The position numbers and the translations under genes were made by a program. This document shows positions 43,977 through 53,258 of a stretch of 64,000 nucleotides of DNA, in pieces. Under the pieces are notes generated by a model, which had not been told where the DNA came from, did not search any database, and was given only the letters and a program-made list of their open reading frames with translations. Origin of the DNA: Chloroflexota bacterium (GTDB lineage: Bacteria > Chloroflexota > Dehalococcoidia > SM23-28-2 > RBG-16-64-32); contig JBBISJ010000006.1 in assembly GCA_037441345.1 (NCBI GenBank), positions 3,530 through 67,529 on the forward strand. Reading direction: 5' to 3'. Every line of letters begins with the position of its first letter. Within the stretch, counting starts at the first letter, position 1.

Positions 43977-46203
43977 TCGAGTCGGCCTGGAGGAGACAGA
44001 GCACGGGACGGCGCTGGACAACGGGGTGGTGAGGGTGGAGGTGTATCTCAAGCGGGGTACGTACGACGTCATTGACGCGGGGGGCGCGACAGTCCTCGCC
44101 GGAGGGGCCGCTTCTGTCCGGTTGAGCGACGGTTCCCGCTTCACGACCCGGGGTGAGGAACTTGAGGTCGCAGGGGCGAAAGATGTCGAGGACGCGCACG
44201 GCAAAGGCGTTTCCCTGTTCCTTTCCCGTGAGGCCTCGAATAGCGACCCTGAGCTACACCTCATCGTCACCCTGTACGAAAGCCAGCCGTTTGCCGTGGT
44301 ACAGGCCGACGTCCAGAACCTCGCGCCTGCTCCGGTGCAGGTGCAGGAGATGCGGCCGATGGACGGCGCAACGCTTCACCTGGGCGCCCCGGCCGAGACG
44401 CTGCGGTTCTACAAGCACGGCTGGCAGAGCTGGTCGCCGACGATCGTCCTGGACTGTTCCGGAGACGACGTGCACGCCTCCCCGCCGGTCATCGGCCCCG
44501 GGACACAGCCCAACCCCGAGCCCGGCCGGTTCGTGTCCGACCTATTGACGGTGATCGTCGACTCTCCCACCGATCGGGGCGTTATCGCCGGCTTCATCTC
44601 GGCAGCGGATCAGCTATCCCAGGTCTGGTTCGACCGCGACCCGTCACAGCTGACAGCGGCCTCGTACGCCGACGGCGTTTCCCTGGCCCACCGTGAAACG
44701 CTCGCGTCCGAGCGTCTCTACATCGAGCCCACGACCCGTCCCCTGGCCGCCCTCGAATCGTACGGCGACGCGCTTGGGCGTGAGATGGGCGCTGCCCCAG
44801 GTGAGCAGGTCACGAGCGGCTGGTGCAGCTGGTACTACTACTGGCAGGGGGTCAGCGAGGCCGAAGTCATCGCAAACCTCGAACACCTCGCCGCCAACCG
44901 CGACGGCCTCCCCGTTGAATACGTCCAGATCGACGACGGTTACCAGTCCGAGATCGGCGACTGGCTAACAGTGAACGAGAAGTTCCCGCACGGCATGAAA
45001 TGGCTGGCGGATGAGATCCACGCGAAGGGATACAAGGCGGGGCTCTGGGTCGCGCCTTTCCTGGCGGGAGCGAAGTCGCGACTGTTCCACGAGCACCCGG
45101 ACTGGTTCGCGAAGTTCAGCACGGGTGAGCCGGCCATCGCGACGCTGAACTGGGGACAGCTCTGCTACGCCATTGACCTGACCCACCCCGACGTACAGCA
45201 GTGGCTACGCGACGTCTTCCGGACCATCTGCGACGAGTGGGGTTACGACTACGTGAAGATCGACTTCATCTTTGCGGGAGCGGTCGACGGTGTGCGACAC
45301 GATCCCAACGTGACCCGGGCCCAGGCCTACCGGAAGGGCGTTGATATCATCCGCGACGCCGTGGGCGGCCGGTTCATCCTGGCCTGTGGCAACCCCCAGG
45401 GGCCGAGCGTCGGCCTGGTGGACGGTGCACGCGTCAGCCCCGACACCGCGCCGTACTGGCTCGCGTTCGACCGCCCCGGCCCGCGCACGCCGCTGAGTGA
45501 CCCCGCCGCGATCAACAGCATCCGCAACAGCATCGACCGGTTCTGGATGCACGGACGCCTCTGGATGAACGACCCCGACTGCCTTATCGTCCGCGCAACC
45601 GACACGGCGCTCACACTCGACGAAGTGCGCTCCCTCACGGCCATGATCGGCATGACGGGAGGGATGGTGCTGAGCAGCGACAATCTCACGAAGTTGACGC
45701 CGGAACGCCAGGAATTGATCTCGTTGCTCCTCCCGGTATACGGCAAGAGCGCCGTACCGCTCGACCTGTTCAGCGGGCCCGAAGTCCCGCAGGTGCTGGA
45801 ACTGGACTGCGGTACTCACCGCATGCTGGCGCTGTTCAACTGGAGCGACCAGGAGGCGGTGGTCGAGGGGCCGATTCCGGACGGCGAGTGGCACGCCTTT
45901 GAGTTCTGGGCCGAGGCGTACCTGGGGCGCCTGAGTTCGGTGCTCTCGCTCGCGATCCCCGCGCACGACTGCAAGCTGATGCGGCTCACGCGCGCCACCG
46001 GTCATCCGCAGGTCGTCGGCAGTACGCTCCACCTGCTGCAGGGCGCGATGGAGATCGCGTCCGAGGAATGGGATGGGCGATCGCTTCGGGTTGAGCTACG
46101 CCCGGTCGCGAAGAAGGATGGCGCGATCTACGTTTGGCGAGACGGCGGGGTCGAACGCGTGGCGATCGAAGGACTGCGCGAACCCCAGACGCTGATCCTC
46201 TAG
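43969..46203 (+). CDS. alpha-galactosidase, glycoside hydrolase family 36
   Basis: IDDGYQSEIGDWL, KAGLWVAPF and DYVKIDF (GH36 catalytic barrel); its start overlaps the galK stop. Confidence 0.85.
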   Translation: MSDRVGLEETEHGTALDNGVVRVEVYLKRGTYDVIDAGGATVLAGGAASVRLSDGSRFTTRGEELEVAGAKDVEDAHGKGVSLFLSREASNSDPELHLIVTLYESQPFAVVQADVQNLAPAPVQVQEMRPMDGATLHLGAPAETLRFYKHGWQSWSPTIVLDCSGDDVHASPPVIGPGTQPNPEPGRFVSDLLTVIVDSPTDRGVIAGFISAADQLSQVWFDRDPSQLTAASYADGVSLAHRETLASERLYIEPTTRPLAALESYGDALGREMGAAPGEQVTSGWCSWYYYWQGVSEAEVIANLEHLAANRDGLPVEYVQIDDGYQSEIGDWLTVNEKFPHGMKWLADEIHAKGYKAGLWVAPFLAGAKSRLFHEHPDWFAKFSTGEPAIATLNWGQLCYAIDLTHPDVQQWLRDVFRTICDEWGYDYVKIDFIFAGAVDGVRHDPNVTRAQAYRKGVDIIRDAVGGRFILACGNPQGPSVGLVDGARVSPDTAPYWLAFDRPGPRTPLSDPAAINSIRNSIDRFWMHGRLWMNDPDCLIVRATDTALTLDEVRSLTAMIGMTGGMVLSSDNLTKLTPERQELISLLLPVYGKSAVPLDLFSGPEVPQVLELDCGTHRMLALFNWSDQEAVVEGPIPDGEWHAFEFWAEAYLGRLSSVLSLAIPAHDCKLMRLTRATGHPQVVGSTLHLLQGAMEIASEEWDGRSLRVELRPVAKKDGAIYVWRDGGVERVAIEGLREPQTLIL

Positions 46204-46838
46204 CCAGTCTCGTCCAGCAAGAACACCCGCGCGGGCGCCCCGTCCGCACCGACCACCGGCAGCGGCGCGCAGACGATCGTGTATTCGCCGGGCGGCACGT
46301 CCCGCAGGTCCAGTCCCTCAAGTATCACGACGTTCTTCGCCAGCAAAGCGTGGTGCACGGCGTGGGTCGGCGAGCGGAACCGCTCGATGGACATGTAGTC
46401 GATGCCGACCAGGACGAGCCCGCGCTCTGTCAGCCATTCGCCTGCGTCCTCCGCAAAGCCGATGAACTCCTCGTGAAACCCATCGTCGTCCCACAGGCCA
46501 GCGTTGCGGGTCTTCGCGAGCAGCCGGGTTGTGCCGGGCGGAATGTGCGCCGCATCGAGGTCCGCGGCGGTGATGTGCGACCCGCCTGGGAACTCCACGA
46601 CCCGGCAGGGGCCCACCAGGTGTTCGATCGGCATCTGCTCCACTGTCACGCCGTTGTCCAAGAAGTGGTCCGGCGCGTCGACGTGCGTGCCGGTGTGCGA
46701 ACCGAGGGAAAGCTCGCTCACGTTGGCGGAGTCGCCGCGACTCATCAGTGAATGGAATCGAAGCCTTGGACCGGGCTCATCGTCGGCGTAGGTGGGGATT
46801 GTCGGTCTCAGCGGAACGGTGATGTCGTGGATGCGCAA
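46200..46838 (-). CDS. cyclase-family protein (kynurenine formamidase-like)
   Basis: HSLMSRGDSANVSELSLGSHTGTHVDAPDHF (HxGTHxDxPxH metal site). Confidence 0.75.
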   Translation of the reverse strand: MRIHDITVPLRPTIPTYADDEPGPRLRFHSLMSRGDSANVSELSLGSHTGTHVDAPDHFLDNGVTVEQMPIEHLVGPCRVVEFPGGSHITAADLDAAHIPPGTTRLLAKTRNAGLWDDDGFHEEFIGFAEDAGEWLTERGLVLVGIDYMSIERFRSPTHAVHHALLAKNVVILEGLDLRDVPPGEYTIVCAPLPVVGADGAPARVFLLDETG

Positions 46839-46897
46839 CGGCGGACTCCTGAATGCCCATTATGCGGCATATTCCGCGGTGATACCCTGAGGATGCA

Positions 46898-47230
46898 ATG
46901 CCTGAACCCACACCGCTTTCTGAGTCCCAGATCCAATCGGCCATCGCCGAACTCGATGGGTGGGAGATCCGCGACGGCCGGCTGCGCAAGCCGTTCACGT
47001 TCCGGACGTTCCTGCGGGCGATCGCCTTCGTCAACTCGGTGGGCTACCTCGCGGAGGGCGCCGGTCATCACCCGGACATCACGATCAACTACAACAAGGT
47101 GACGTTGCGGATCATCACGCACGCTGTCGGTGCGCTCACCGAGCGAGATTTCTCGCTTGCCGCGGAGATTGACGCAAAGCTGGGGTCGAAGCTGATGATC
47201 CAGCCGGAGGGGAAAACAAAAAGCGCCTGA
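46898..47230 (+). CDS. 4a-hydroxytetrahydrobiopterin (pterin-4-alpha-carbinolamine) dehydratase
   Basis: GWEIRDGRLRKPFTFRTFLRAIAFVNSVGYLAEGAGHHPDITINYNKVTL. Confidence 0.85.
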   Translation: MPEPTPLSESQIQSAIAELDGWEIRDGRLRKPFTFRTFLRAIAFVNSVGYLAEGAGHHPDITINYNKVTLRIITHAVGALTERDFSLAAEIDAKLGSKLMIQPEGKTKSA

Positions 47231-47418
47231 ACGCCGGCCAGATTCGCTTCCAGATCTCCCGGGTTGCCCCGCGAGTCCCTTTCGCTGCACCGCACCGGCC
47301 GCTCAGGCAACGACAAGCATGCTCCCGCCGCGATAAGAAGTCAATACCGTTCGCCCACGAAATTCTCACCCTTATCGAAACGACAACGAAAACGGGTGGC
47401 GGCGAGCCAGCGACTCCC

Positions 47419-47443
47419 GTGTTCCATTGTTCAACCGTTCCCC
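47419..47443. repeat. GAACA octamer array, locus D (GGGAACGG TTGAACAA TGGAACAC on the - strand), in the purB leader
   Basis: GTGTTCCATTGTTCAACCGTTCCC lies about 65 nt upstream of the purB ATG. Confidence 0.55.
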
Positions 47444-47506
47444 GTAAGATGGGCACGTGGTCACCGCCCAGGGCCCTCAAGACAGCGCAGGCCTGCGTCT
47501 CTCCAG

Positions 47507-48796
47507 ATGATCGAGCGCTACACACGCCCCGAGATGGGCGCCGTCTGGTCCGAGAAGAACAAGGCGGACACGTGGCTGCAGGTCGAAATCGCCGTCTGCG
47601 AAGCCTGGGCTGAACGCGGCGTAATCCCTGCGCAAGACATGGCGAAGATTCGCGGCGCCTCGTACAACCTCGAGAAATGGCGCGAGTACGAGCGCGAGAT
47701 GCACCACGACTTCAACGCCTTCGTGCGGTCCGTTGCCGACTCACTGGGCGAGGAGTCGCGGTGGGTTCACTTCGGGTTGACCTCGTACGACGTCGAGGAC
47801 ACCGCGCTCGCCCTGCGCCTGGTGCAGGCGACGGAGATCCTGCAGGCCGGCATCGAGACTCTGCTCGACGTCATCGCCGTGCGGGCCCGCGAGCACAAGC
47901 ACACACCGACGATGGGCCGCAGCCACGGCGTCCACGGCGAGCCGATCTCCTTCGGGCTGAAACTGGCGGGCTGGTGGGACGAGATGCGGCGGAACTCGCA
48001 CCGCCTGGTTCACGCGAAAGAGCAGGTCGCAGTCGGGAAGATCTCGGGCCCAGTCGGTTCTCATGCCACGGTGCCGCCGGACCTCGAAGACGACGTCTGC
48101 GGGCGCCTGGGCCTGCTGGTGGAGCCGATCTCAACGCAGATCGTACACCGAGACCGCCACGCGCATTTCATCGCGACGCTCGGCGTGATCGCTTCGTCGC
48201 TGGACCGCATCGCGACCGAGATCAGGCACCTGCAGCGGACCGAGGTCCTGGAGGCCGAGGAGCCGTTCTCCACGGGGCAGACCGGGTCGTCGTCGATGCC
48301 GCATAAGCGAAACCCGGAGAAGTGTGAGCGCATCTCTGGACTCGCCCGCCTGATCCGCGGGTTCGCAGCGCCGGCGATGGAGAACGTAGCGCTCTGGCAC
48401 GAGCGGGACATTTCGCACTCGTCGGTGGAACGGGTCATGTTGCCGGATGCGTGTATTGCGCTCGATTACGTCCTCGACCTGATGACCTACGTTATCCGCG
48501 GGATGCAGGTCTACCCTGACCGCATGGCAGCCAACATGGAGATGAGCTTCGGTCTCCCGTTCAGCCAGCGCGTCCTGCTGGCGCTGATCGACAAGGGGAT
48601 GAACCGGCAGGAGGCGTACAAGATCGTGCAGTCGAACGCTATGAAGGCATGGGAGGCGAAGCAGCCATACCTGGGCTTCCTGCAGGGAGACCAGCGGGTC
48701 ACTGACCTGTTGTCCGGCGATGAACTCGCATCGCTGTTTGATACGGCCTGGTACCTCCGTTATGTCGACCAGAGTTTTGAGAGGTTGGGCTTATGA
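47507..48796 (+). CDS. purB: adenylosuccinate lyase
   Basis: MIERYTRPEM start and the fumarate-lyase signature GSSSMPHKRNP. Confidence 0.9.
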   Translation: MIERYTRPEMGAVWSEKNKADTWLQVEIAVCEAWAERGVIPAQDMAKIRGASYNLEKWREYEREMHHDFNAFVRSVADSLGEESRWVHFGLTSYDVEDTALALRLVQATEILQAGIETLLDVIAVRAREHKHTPTMGRSHGVHGEPISFGLKLAGWWDEMRRNSHRLVHAKEQVAVGKISGPVGSHATVPPDLEDDVCGRLGLLVEPISTQIVHRDRHAHFIATLGVIASSLDRIATEIRHLQRTEVLEAEEPFSTGQTGSSSMPHKRNPEKCERISGLARLIRGFAAPAMENVALWHERDISHSSVERVMLPDACIALDYVLDLMTYVIRGMQVYPDRMAANMEMSFGLPFSQRVLLALIDKGMNRQEAYKIVQSNAMKAWEAKQPYLGFLQGDQRVTDLLSGDELASLFDTAWYLRYVDQSFERLGL

Positions 48797-49689
48797 CCGC
48801 AGTCCTCACTGAATCAGTCCTTGACCTTCCACTCCTGTCACGGGGCAAGGTCCGCGACATCTACGACCTGGGCGACAAGCTGCTGATCGTCGCTACCGAT
48901 CGCCTGTCCGCCTTCGATGTCGTGCTGCCGACGGGAATACCCGACAAGGGCGCCGTCCTCACCCAGATGTCCGCGTTCTGGTTCGAGAAGACGGGCGATA
49001 TCGTCCCCAACCATTTCATCCGCGTCGTCGACGGAACCCCTGTGCCCGAGGTGCCGGTCGACATGCCGCGCGAGATGATCGGCAGGGCGATGGTCGTGAA
49101 GAAGGCTGAGCGGCTGGACGTGGAGTGCGTCGTGCGCGGGTACATAACCGGGTCCGGCTGGGCGGACTACAGGAGATCGGGCGCCATCTGCGGCGTCGAG
49201 CTGCCGGACGGACTCGAGGAGAGCCAGGAGCTGCCGGAGCCGATCTTCACACCGACGACGAAGGCAGAAGAGGGCCACGACCTCCCGATCTCCTACGCCG
49301 AGGTCGTTGACCTGGTGGGTGAGCGGGCGGCCAACGCAACCCGCGTACGAGCCCTCGCCCTCTACCGCTTCGGTCGGGACTTCGCCCGCGAGCGCGGGAT
49401 TATCATCGCCGACACCAAGTTCGAGTTCGGCTGGCTCGACGATGAAGTGATCCTGATCGATGAGGCGCTGACGCCGGACTCCAGCCGTTTCTGGCCCGCG
49501 GACCACTACCGCACCGGCGGGTCGCTGCCGAGCTTCGACAAGCAGTTCGTGCGGGACTACCTGAACGACATCGGCTGGGACAGGACGCCGCCGGGGCCGG
49601 AACTGCCGCCGGAGATCGTCGATAGGACGGCCGCGAAGTATCGCGAGGCGTTCGAGCGGATCACGGGCCGGACGCTGATCCGGGCCTAG
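48793..49689 (+). CDS. purC: phosphoribosylaminoimidazole-succinocarboxamide (SAICAR) synthase
   Basis: LLSRGKVRDIYDLGDKLLIVATDRLSAFDVVLP; its start overlaps the purB stop. Confidence 0.9.
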   Translation: MTAVLTESVLDLPLLSRGKVRDIYDLGDKLLIVATDRLSAFDVVLPTGIPDKGAVLTQMSAFWFEKTGDIVPNHFIRVVDGTPVPEVPVDMPREMIGRAMVVKKAERLDVECVVRGYITGSGWADYRRSGAICGVELPDGLEESQELPEPIFTPTTKAEEGHDLPISYAEVVDLVGERAANATRVRALALYRFGRDFARERGIIIADTKFEFGWLDDEVILIDEALTPDSSRFWPADHYRTGGSLPSFDKQFVRDYLNDIGWDRTPPGPELPPEIVDRTAAKYREAFERITGRTLIRA

Positions 49690-49734
49690 AGGTTGGATGG
49701 TCCACAGATGACACGGATGACTCAGACTTGCGAT

Positions 49735-49812
49735 GTGAACAGTAGCGTATCGGAACAATGGAACAGTAGAACAATGCCGTCCTGTTCAATTCTTCTATTG
49801 CTCAACTGTTCC
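49735..49812. repeat. GAACAAT 8-bp-periodic array, locus B (GGAACAAT GGAACAGT AGAACAAT then TGTTCAAT TCTTCTAT TGCTCAAC TGTTCC)
   Basis: three direct octamers followed by four inverted-type octamers; lies between purC and the PPOX-family gene. Confidence 0.65.
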
Positions 49813-49844
49813 GGAAACCCGCGGTCCGCGGAGCTTGAATAGAC

Positions 49845-50270
49845 GTGCCGGTCCTGGCGCCGGACGTCGAGGAGTTCTTGCGCGGGGCGCACGTCGCGGC
49901 GCTCGCCACCATCCGGCCGGAAGGGCGCCCTCACGTCGTGCCGGTCTGGTACGAGTGGGACGGCCGCGAGTTCACGATGGCCTCGTTCCGGCAGATGCAG
50001 AAGGTGAAGAACATCACCCAGAAGGGGTTCGCAGCGCTGAGCATCTTCACGAGCGATCTGCCTTACTTCCAGGTGACCGTCGAGGGCCCTGCCCGCATCG
50101 GCGGGGCGATCGACAACGTCTGGCGCGAGCGCGTCGCCGTGCGCTATCTTGGCGAGGCAGCGGGGCGCGCCTACGCGCAGGACACGATGGATCTCGATGC
50201 GGTCGCCATCACTCTCCGGCCGCTGAAATGGCACCTGGAGGGGTTTGGAGAGGTGCGAGGTCACAGGTGA
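49845..50270 (+). CDS. PPOX-class (pyridoxamine 5'-phosphate oxidase-like) F420/FMN-binding split-barrel protein
   Basis: AHVAALATIRPEGRPHVVPVWYEWDGREFTMAS. Confidence 0.7.
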   Translation: MPVLAPDVEEFLRGAHVAALATIRPEGRPHVVPVWYEWDGREFTMASFRQMQKVKNITQKGFAALSIFTSDLPYFQVTVEGPARIGGAIDNVWRERVAVRYLGEAAGRAYAQDTMDLDAVAITLRPLKWHLEGFGEVRGHR

Positions 50271-50283
50271 GAGCATGGGACCA

Positions 50284-50350
50284 GTGGAACAATAGAACAA
50301 TGGAACAACTGAACAATTCTGCATCTATTCAATTGTTCGACTGTTCAATT
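50284..50350. repeat. GAACAAT 8-bp-periodic array, locus C (GGAACAAT AGAACAAT GGAACAAC TGAACAAT TC...TTCAATTG TTCGACTG TTCAATTG)
   Basis: four direct octamers, a 10-nt spacer, then three inverted octamers; contains the GAACAATT-N12-AATTGTTC palindrome. Confidence 0.7.
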
Positions 50351-50367
50351 GCTCCCTCCGAAGGAGG

Positions 50368-50910
50368 ATGCCGATGACACAGCAGCAGAATGATTTCGTC
50401 GCGCAGGCCGTCAACTACTGCCGCCACCAGGCCGGCAAGGGGACGGACTCTCTCGCGGCGCTGATGGAACGCACTGCTGCGGACTGGCAACAGACGCTGG
50501 AGGGGATGAGCGAGGAGCAGGCCGACTTCGCCCCCGGGCGCGAATGGTCCGCGAAGCAGGTAATCAATCACTTCCTGGAGGTGACGGCCGGCGTGAACAA
50601 GCAGGTCGCGAAGCTCACCGGCGGCAGACTGGACTCCCTGGAGGTGGACGAGGAGAAGCTCGCGGCGCAGGGTAAAGCGCCGCCCGCGGCGACTGTGCCC
50701 GAGATGCGAGACCGGCTATCCGCCATTTTCGGGGAGATCGTCGGGCTGACACGGTCACTGGAGGACAACGAGCACCTGCAGGAGGAGTTCCCGCACCCGA
50801 TGTTCGGCAAGCTCAACATCCTCGAGTGGATCGCCTTTCAGCGCCTGCACTCGATGGACCACATGCAGCAGATCGCGAAGAACAAGGCCGACGCGGGGTA
50901 TCCGGCGTGA
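50368..50910 (+). CDS. DinB/YfiT-like (DinB_2) putative metal-dependent hydrolase family protein
   Basis: His-rich helical bundle motifs (VINHFLEV, HSMDHMQQI). Confidence 0.55.
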   Translation: MPMTQQQNDFVAQAVNYCRHQAGKGTDSLAALMERTAADWQQTLEGMSEEQADFAPGREWSAKQVINHFLEVTAGVNKQVAKLTGGRLDSLEVDEEKLAAQGKAPPAATVPEMRDRLSAIFGEIVGLTRSLEDNEHLQEEFPHPMFGKLNILEWIAFQRLHSMDHMQQIAKNKADAGYPA

Positions 50911-51161
50911 GCTACCTGGCGCGCGTATACGTCACCCTCAAGCCCACGGTAAACGACCCACAGGGGCTGACGATCCAGGGCGCCCTGAAGTCGCTGGGCT
51001 TTGCGGCCGTCCAGTCTGTCCGGGCCGGCAAGTACATGGAGGTGCGGCTGGACGCGCCGGACAAGGCCGCGGCCGAGTCAGCGGCGACGGAGATGTGCAA
51101 GAAGCTGCTGGCGAACCCGGTGATCGAGGAGTTCCGGGTTGAGGTGGGTGAGGCGAGCTAA
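50907..51161 (+). CDS. purS: phosphoribosylformylglycinamidine synthase subunit PurS
   Basis: GTG start overlaps the preceding stop (GTGA); VSYLARVYVTLKPTVNDPQGLTIQGALKSLGF...MCKKLLANPVIEEFRVEV. Confidence 0.8.
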   Translation: MSYLARVYVTLKPTVNDPQGLTIQGALKSLGFAAVQSVRAGKYMEVRLDAPDKAAAESAATEMCKKLLANPVIEEFRVEVGEAS

Positions 51162-52273
51162 GCTGCCTTAAACCCTAGCTTCCCCAGCGCCTCCTCTAGT
51201 GCGTCCAGCGTCTCGCGGATGTCCTGCTCCTCGACGAGGCCGAGGTGGCCGATGCGGAAGATCTTGCCGCTGAGTTTAGCCTGCCCGCCGGCCAGCACGA
51301 TGCTGTACTCGTCCTCCATCAGGTTGCGCAGCTCGCCCACGTCGATCCCCTCGGGGCATTTCACCGCGGTCACCGTGTCTGAAGCGAAGCGCTCGTCCTG
51401 GCAGAGCAGTTCGAGGCCCAGCGCCTTCACACCCGCGCGCGTCTGGTTGGCGATGTTGCGGTGGCGCGTGAAGATGCCTTCCAGTCCCTCGACGGCCATC
51501 CGCTCCAGCGCAATGTCCAGGCCGAAGAAGACCGACATGGTCGGTGTGAACGGCGTCTGGCCCTTGGCCTGCGAGTCGCGGTGCTTGGCGAGGTCGAAGT
51601 AGAAGCGCGGCATCTTCGCCGTCTCGTGCGCCTTCCATGCCCGCTCGCTCATCGCGACGAAGGCGAGTCCGGGCGGCACCATCCAGCCCTTCTGCGAGCC
51701 GGTGGCGACGACGTCGAGCCCCCAGGCGTCCATCTCGAGCGGGATCGCACCAAGGCTGCTCACAGCGTCGACGAGGACCAGCTTGTCCGCCTCGCGCGCG
51801 ACCTCGGCGATCTGGGCGAGCGGGTTCGTGACGCCGGTAGAGGTCTCGTTGTGGGTGACGAGCACGGCCTTGATGTCCGGCTCGGCCTGGAGCGCCTTCC
51901 GCACGTCGTCGGCGTGGGCTGCCTGCCCCCACTCGTACGGGAGCATCGTGACCGTGGCACCGTAGTTTTCGGCGATCGTCGCGAACCGCTCGCCGAAGGC
52001 GCCGATGCTCACCGCCAGCACCTTGTCACCGGGTGAGAGGACGTTGACCACGGCCGCCTCGAGGCCGCCGGTGCCGGAGCATGAGAGCAGCATCACTTCC
52101 TGATTCGTGAGGAAGAAGTCCTTCAATCGCTCCGCCGCCCGCTTGATTATCCCCGCGAACTCGCGGCCGCGGTGGTTGACCATCGGCCGGCCGACGGCCT
52201 CCAGGATGTCGTCCGGGACGGGAGTGGGGCCGGGGATCCGGAGGTTGACTGTGCGGCTCTTCTGCTGAGTCAT
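51158..52273 (-). CDS. class V aminotransferase (serine--glyoxylate / alanine--glyoxylate aminotransferase family)
   Basis: IPGPTPVPDDILEAV and the PLP-lysine region GSQKGWMVPPGLAF. Confidence 0.85.
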   Translation of the reverse strand: MTQQKSRTVNLRIPGPTPVPDDILEAVGRPMVNHRGREFAGIIKRAAERLKDFFLTNQEVMLLSCSGTGGLEAAVVNVLSPGDKVLAVSIGAFGERFATIAENYGATVTMLPYEWGQAAHADDVRKALQAEPDIKAVLVTHNETSTGVTNPLAQIAEVAREADKLVLVDAVSSLGAIPLEMDAWGLDVVATGSQKGWMVPPGLAFVAMSERAWKAHETAKMPRFYFDLAKHRDSQAKGQTPFTPTMSVFFGLDIALERMAVEGLEGIFTRHRNIANQTRAGVKALGLELLCQDERFASDTVTAVKCPEGIDVGELRNLMEDEYSIVLAGGQAKLSGKIFRIGHLGLVEEQDIRETLDALEEALGKLGFKAA

Positions 52274-52412
52274 GATGACGCCTCGCTGTAGGTGGGGGTG
52301 AGTTCAGGTAACAGGTTACCGCCTCCGCCGCGCTGGGAGAAGGCATAATTGCCAAACAAACCGGCCGGGTCTGCGGTTGACTTCGGACCCCGCGCCGGGC
52401 GAGCCTTTGGAC

Positions 52413-53231
52413 ATGCCGGAGCTACCGGAGGTCGAGACGATCCGCCGCGACCTGCTGCCTCTCGTCAAGGGCCGCACGATCACCAGCGCCTGGATCTCCG
52501 AGAACGCCCCGCGCTTAGTGCAACTGCTGCCGCCGGAGGAGTTCGAGCGGGCGCTGCCGGGCCGCGTGATCCAGGACGTCTCGCGGCGCGGCAAGTACCT
52601 GATCTTCAACCTGGACGCCGGCATGATGTGGGTCGTCCACCTGCGGATGACGGGCCGCCTCAGGCACCAGGCCGTCCGGTGCGCGGACGAAGATTACCTG
52701 CGAGCCTCGTTCTCGCTCGACGACGGGACGTGGCTCTGCTTCAACGACCTGCGCAAGTTCGGGACTATGTGGCTGGTCGACGACTGGGCGCTGGTGAAGG
52801 CAGACCTCGGTCCGGAGCCGCTGGATGACGAATTCGATCTCAACCACTTCCGGCGGCACCTCAAGCGCCGCAAGGCACCGGTCAAGTCGGTGTTGCTGGA
52901 CCAGACCGTGCTGGCCGGCGTCGGCAACATCTACGCGGATGAAGCGCTCTTCGTTGCCGGCGTCGACCCGCGCAAGGCCGCAAACCGCGTCAGCGCCCCA
53001 GGGGGTGCGAAGCTCCATGCCGCCGTCATCGCCGTCCTGCATGAAGCGTTGGGCGACCGGGGATCAAGCTTCAGCGATTATGTTGACGGGAAGGGCAACG
53101 AGGGCACCCATCACCTGAAGGTCAAGGTCTTCAGGCGGACGGGCCAGCCGTGCTTCGAGTGCGGCACGCTAATCAGGCGGGTCAAGGTCGCGGGCAGAAG
53201 CACCCACTTCTGCCCAAAGTGCCAGCGTTAG
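52413..53231 (+). CDS. mutM: formamidopyrimidine-DNA glycosylase
   Basis: MPELPEVETIRR N-terminus (catalytic Pro2/Glu3) and a C-terminal zinc finger CFECGTLIRRVKVAGRSTHFCPKCQ. Confidence 0.9.
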   Translation: MPELPEVETIRRDLLPLVKGRTITSAWISENAPRLVQLLPPEEFERALPGRVIQDVSRRGKYLIFNLDAGMMWVVHLRMTGRLRHQAVRCADEDYLRASFSLDDGTWLCFNDLRKFGTMWLVDDWALVKADLGPEPLDDEFDLNHFRRHLKRRKAPVKSVLLDQTVLAGVGNIYADEALFVAGVDPRKAANRVSAPGGAKLHAAVIAVLHEALGDRGSSFSDYVDGKGNEGTHHLKVKVFRRTGQPCFECGTLIRRVKVAGRSTHFCPKCQR

Positions 53232-53258
53232 CCGCTTCGCGGGTTTTCGGGTTGCCGT

